DNA of 64,000 nt from positions 90,088,001 through 90,152,000 of the forward strand of contig OZ076409.1 of NCBI GenBank assembly GCA_964187785.1, given 5' to 3'. Positions 61,400-64,000 of the stretch are shown here, piece by piece. Both the position numbers and the translations under genes were made by a program. A model generated the notes under the pieces. The model saw only the letters and a program-made list of their open reading frames with translations, ran no database searches and was not told where the DNA came from. Each line of letters begins with the position of its first letter. The first letter of the stretch is position 1. The stretch comes from Amphiscolops sp. MND2022 (lineage: Eukaryota).

Positions 61400-64000
61400 C
61401 TCGGCAAGAACAAAGCTGGTCAAGGTTTCGTAAAATAGTTTGCTCCAACCATTTGTCGTTTTTCCTGCGGATCAAAACACGGTTTAAAAAAGAGCTAGTT
61501 TTCTTTAGAAGGCACATACCAGAGGGACATCAAGATCTAAAATTAGGCAAATTATAATGATATATAAAACAGTGTACACAGCATCCCTCTTCCAAGAGTT
61601 CTTATGGCTACTCGGAAATCTAATCATTGAATCTCGAGTTCGATGTACTGAAACCTGTACGGTTCCTAATCGGGATCACTGGAAAAGTAGAAGAATCTAC
61701 AACCAAAGATGTGTCTCTGCTAAACGTGCTAGTCGATTTTTGTCCCGTCAACCTAGTGGTGGTAGCAACATCTGTAAATGATCTAGCTGTCACTAGAACA
61801 GGGGCAAAAGGAATTGGACTGGTAAAGGGAGCAATTTGACTAGTACTTCCTTGAATTGTTCTCTCAGGCAAATCTGAGTTTTCCTGATTGAGTCATAATG
61901 TGATGTTGCCCTTTCTAACAGCATACATCGCAGGAAAAGACAGAGTGCGGTCCAGCACGAAAGACCACACGCTCTCATGTAGTGTAGTTGGTTACGGCAG
62001 CATTTGTTCTTCCACGGAAAAAGTATTACAGTGTGTGAAAAGAATTCGATGCAAAAAAGCATGGAAACTAAAGCGAAGAGACAAATTGTTTGCTCTCATT
62101 GCTTTCTTCACAGTCTGCACGGCCCGTTCGGCAACTGCATTGCTCCTTGGGCTGTAGATTGGACTCTTCAACTTGGTGCATCCTTGAGCCTTTAACGACC
62201 TGACAACTTTGTTGTTGAAAAATTCATTAGTGTTGTCGGAGACTAATGTGCGCGACATCCCGAATCTCCCTATGATGGCGGATAGACAAAGCATTATTTT
62301 TCCCTGGGGCAAACGCCGCATATGAACGCTTCTATCCAACCAAAATCAGCATCGCCCGATTGTTCAGTTCATGGTTGGTTGTTTGCACATTTAGAGCAAT
62401 CTCGTATGAGTTTTTCAAATTCTTTTCTGGCAACAAACCACCAAGATATATGTTTCACTATGTTCTTAGTTCCCTGTACAACAGGATGAGTATCATGAGC
62501 TTGTTCAATGACGGTGTTCCGCATTTCTGGTGGAATGTAAGGTCTTGTTCCGTTGTGAAGCAGCCTTGTCTCGACTGTGAGGGTACTAGATACTTTCCTT
62601 GAAAACTCTCTCTGCTTGAGTACATGCTTTCCAATCGCCATCCACTTCGTTGATTCATCGGGTTCACATTCACGCCGCAACTCTCCCTATAGAAAGAGTT
62701 TATGCTCCGCAAAGTGAACACGGAATTCATTACGTTGGGGTTCGATTGATCGACTAGATTGCAGCCGTCGTCATCCTGATCGTTATGAAGTCTGCTCATG
62801 GCGGCGGCATGAGGAATGGGAAAACCTTCTGCGTATTTAATCTCATAATCAAACGTCGTAAGGGAAATTGGCAACTTTGTGATTTTTGTTGAAGCGATTC
62901 TTGTTGAAGCGTTGTTCTTAGTTCGGAGCTAATATGAATTCCAGAGGACGGTGATTAGTTTCCAGCTTGAATTGCCGGCCAAGTAAGAACTGCTTTAAGC
63001 GTTTTACAACGAAAACAATCGTTAGAATGTTAATGTGATGCACTAATCGCTAATGTATGTGTACCTTTGCTCAGCTTGAGATAACGTCTTTAATAAATAA
63101 AACACAGGGTGCTCTTCTGAGAAAAGTTATTGCTCCGTCGATAGCTCTCTCAAAAGGATCAGTTGTGATGCTTACTTCTTTTTCCAGAGATTACGGCTGA
63201 ACAACAAGTTTCGCTGATAGTTCCGATTTCAGCCTTTTGCATGCACGTTGACTGACGGCTCGTTGACATTTCCAATCCACTGGAACTCAATCGCCGACCT
63301 TTTCTTCAGATCAGTCATTGAGCCAATGTTTGAAGTGACGTTTGGGATGAACCGGTCGTAGAAATTGACCAATCTGCCAAATTATTCGCCTCCGTTAACA
63401 CTTTGAGGAGGAACGGTTATCCTTGTTTTTTGGCGAGGTAATCAGTGGGCTCAATCTCGCTTTCTGAAATTGTGAAACCGAGACAAGTGATTTTTCCATG
63501 GTATTTCCAGACTTGAATTGATTAATGGTGGACCCTTTGTCTTTGAACCGACCCTGAACTAACGTCGTACGGTTCTCACGTTGACTTTTCGTTCCTTCGT
63601 GTACCAGTACTTCGTCTTGAAAACAACTTGTTCCAATCATTCTTCTGAGAGTTTTCGTTGGAACATTCAGGATGCGTTTTTCAAATTTTGAAGTAATCGG
63701 AAAAACTTGAAGAGACCAAGTGTTGTGTGGATGATGGCAAAATCTTGCCCTTCATCATCCAGCATTAATCGATGATAGGTCAATCTTCACTTTCAACGTT
63801 GATCCTTCCACCTCGCCGAATGAGGTTTCCATGTCCGGAAGCGGGTAGTCACTAGTCATGATCTTATCGTTTACTTGGAAATCGAGAACCGCACAAAGTG
63901 TGAAAGTTCCGTCTTTCTACCTTTGCCACACGACTGGCAAGGCTTTCAACACACCTCCTGGATCGACTGGGGCAAGGAATCCTTGTGCCTGAAGTTTTGC
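61400..64000 (-). mobile_element. Decayed Ty3/Gypsy pol (RT, RNase H, integrase), running off the right edge
   Basis: DYPLPDME (RT), SITTD and GRQFKLETNHRPLEFI (RNase H), AHDTHP...C..C (zinc finger), LVSDN...SPRSNAVAERAVQTVK (integrase) in RT-RH-IN order. LTR not identified. Confidence 0.88.

Overview
Eukaryotic (metazoan, AT-rich, spliceosomal GT-AG introns) genomic DNA dominated by nested transposable elements; most short ORFs in the track are spurious. One host gene is reconstructed by hand: a Tweety-family (TTYH) membrane protein on the minus strand, with 11 phase-consistent coding exons from 35139 down to 25744; the terminal exon and the 5' UTR exon are unresolved. In order, the window holds: an LTR (493-905) inserted into a decayed Polinton/Maverick (adintovirus-like) element (906-~7020) with integrase, two A32-like ATPases, a penton-like gene and an adenain protease; a decayed CR1/L2-type LINE whose 3' end plus flank is tandemly triplicated (7023-11120); DINE-1/HINE-like elements; a near-intact three-ORF LINE (30116-34652: esterase-like ORF0, PHD ORF1, APE-RT ORF2) antisense in Tweety intron 1; a dense cluster of CRE-clade (RT+REL) retroposon fragments with Mutator-type MITEs whose arms and central cassettes appear combinatorially shuffled; a non-autonomous three-LTR BEL/Pao element (43723-54317, ACAAC TSD); a decayed second copy of the three-ORF LINE with a double palindrome; and a decayed Ty3/Gypsy pol at the right edge. 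All calls come from reading the sequence and recalled family motifs; no searches were run.
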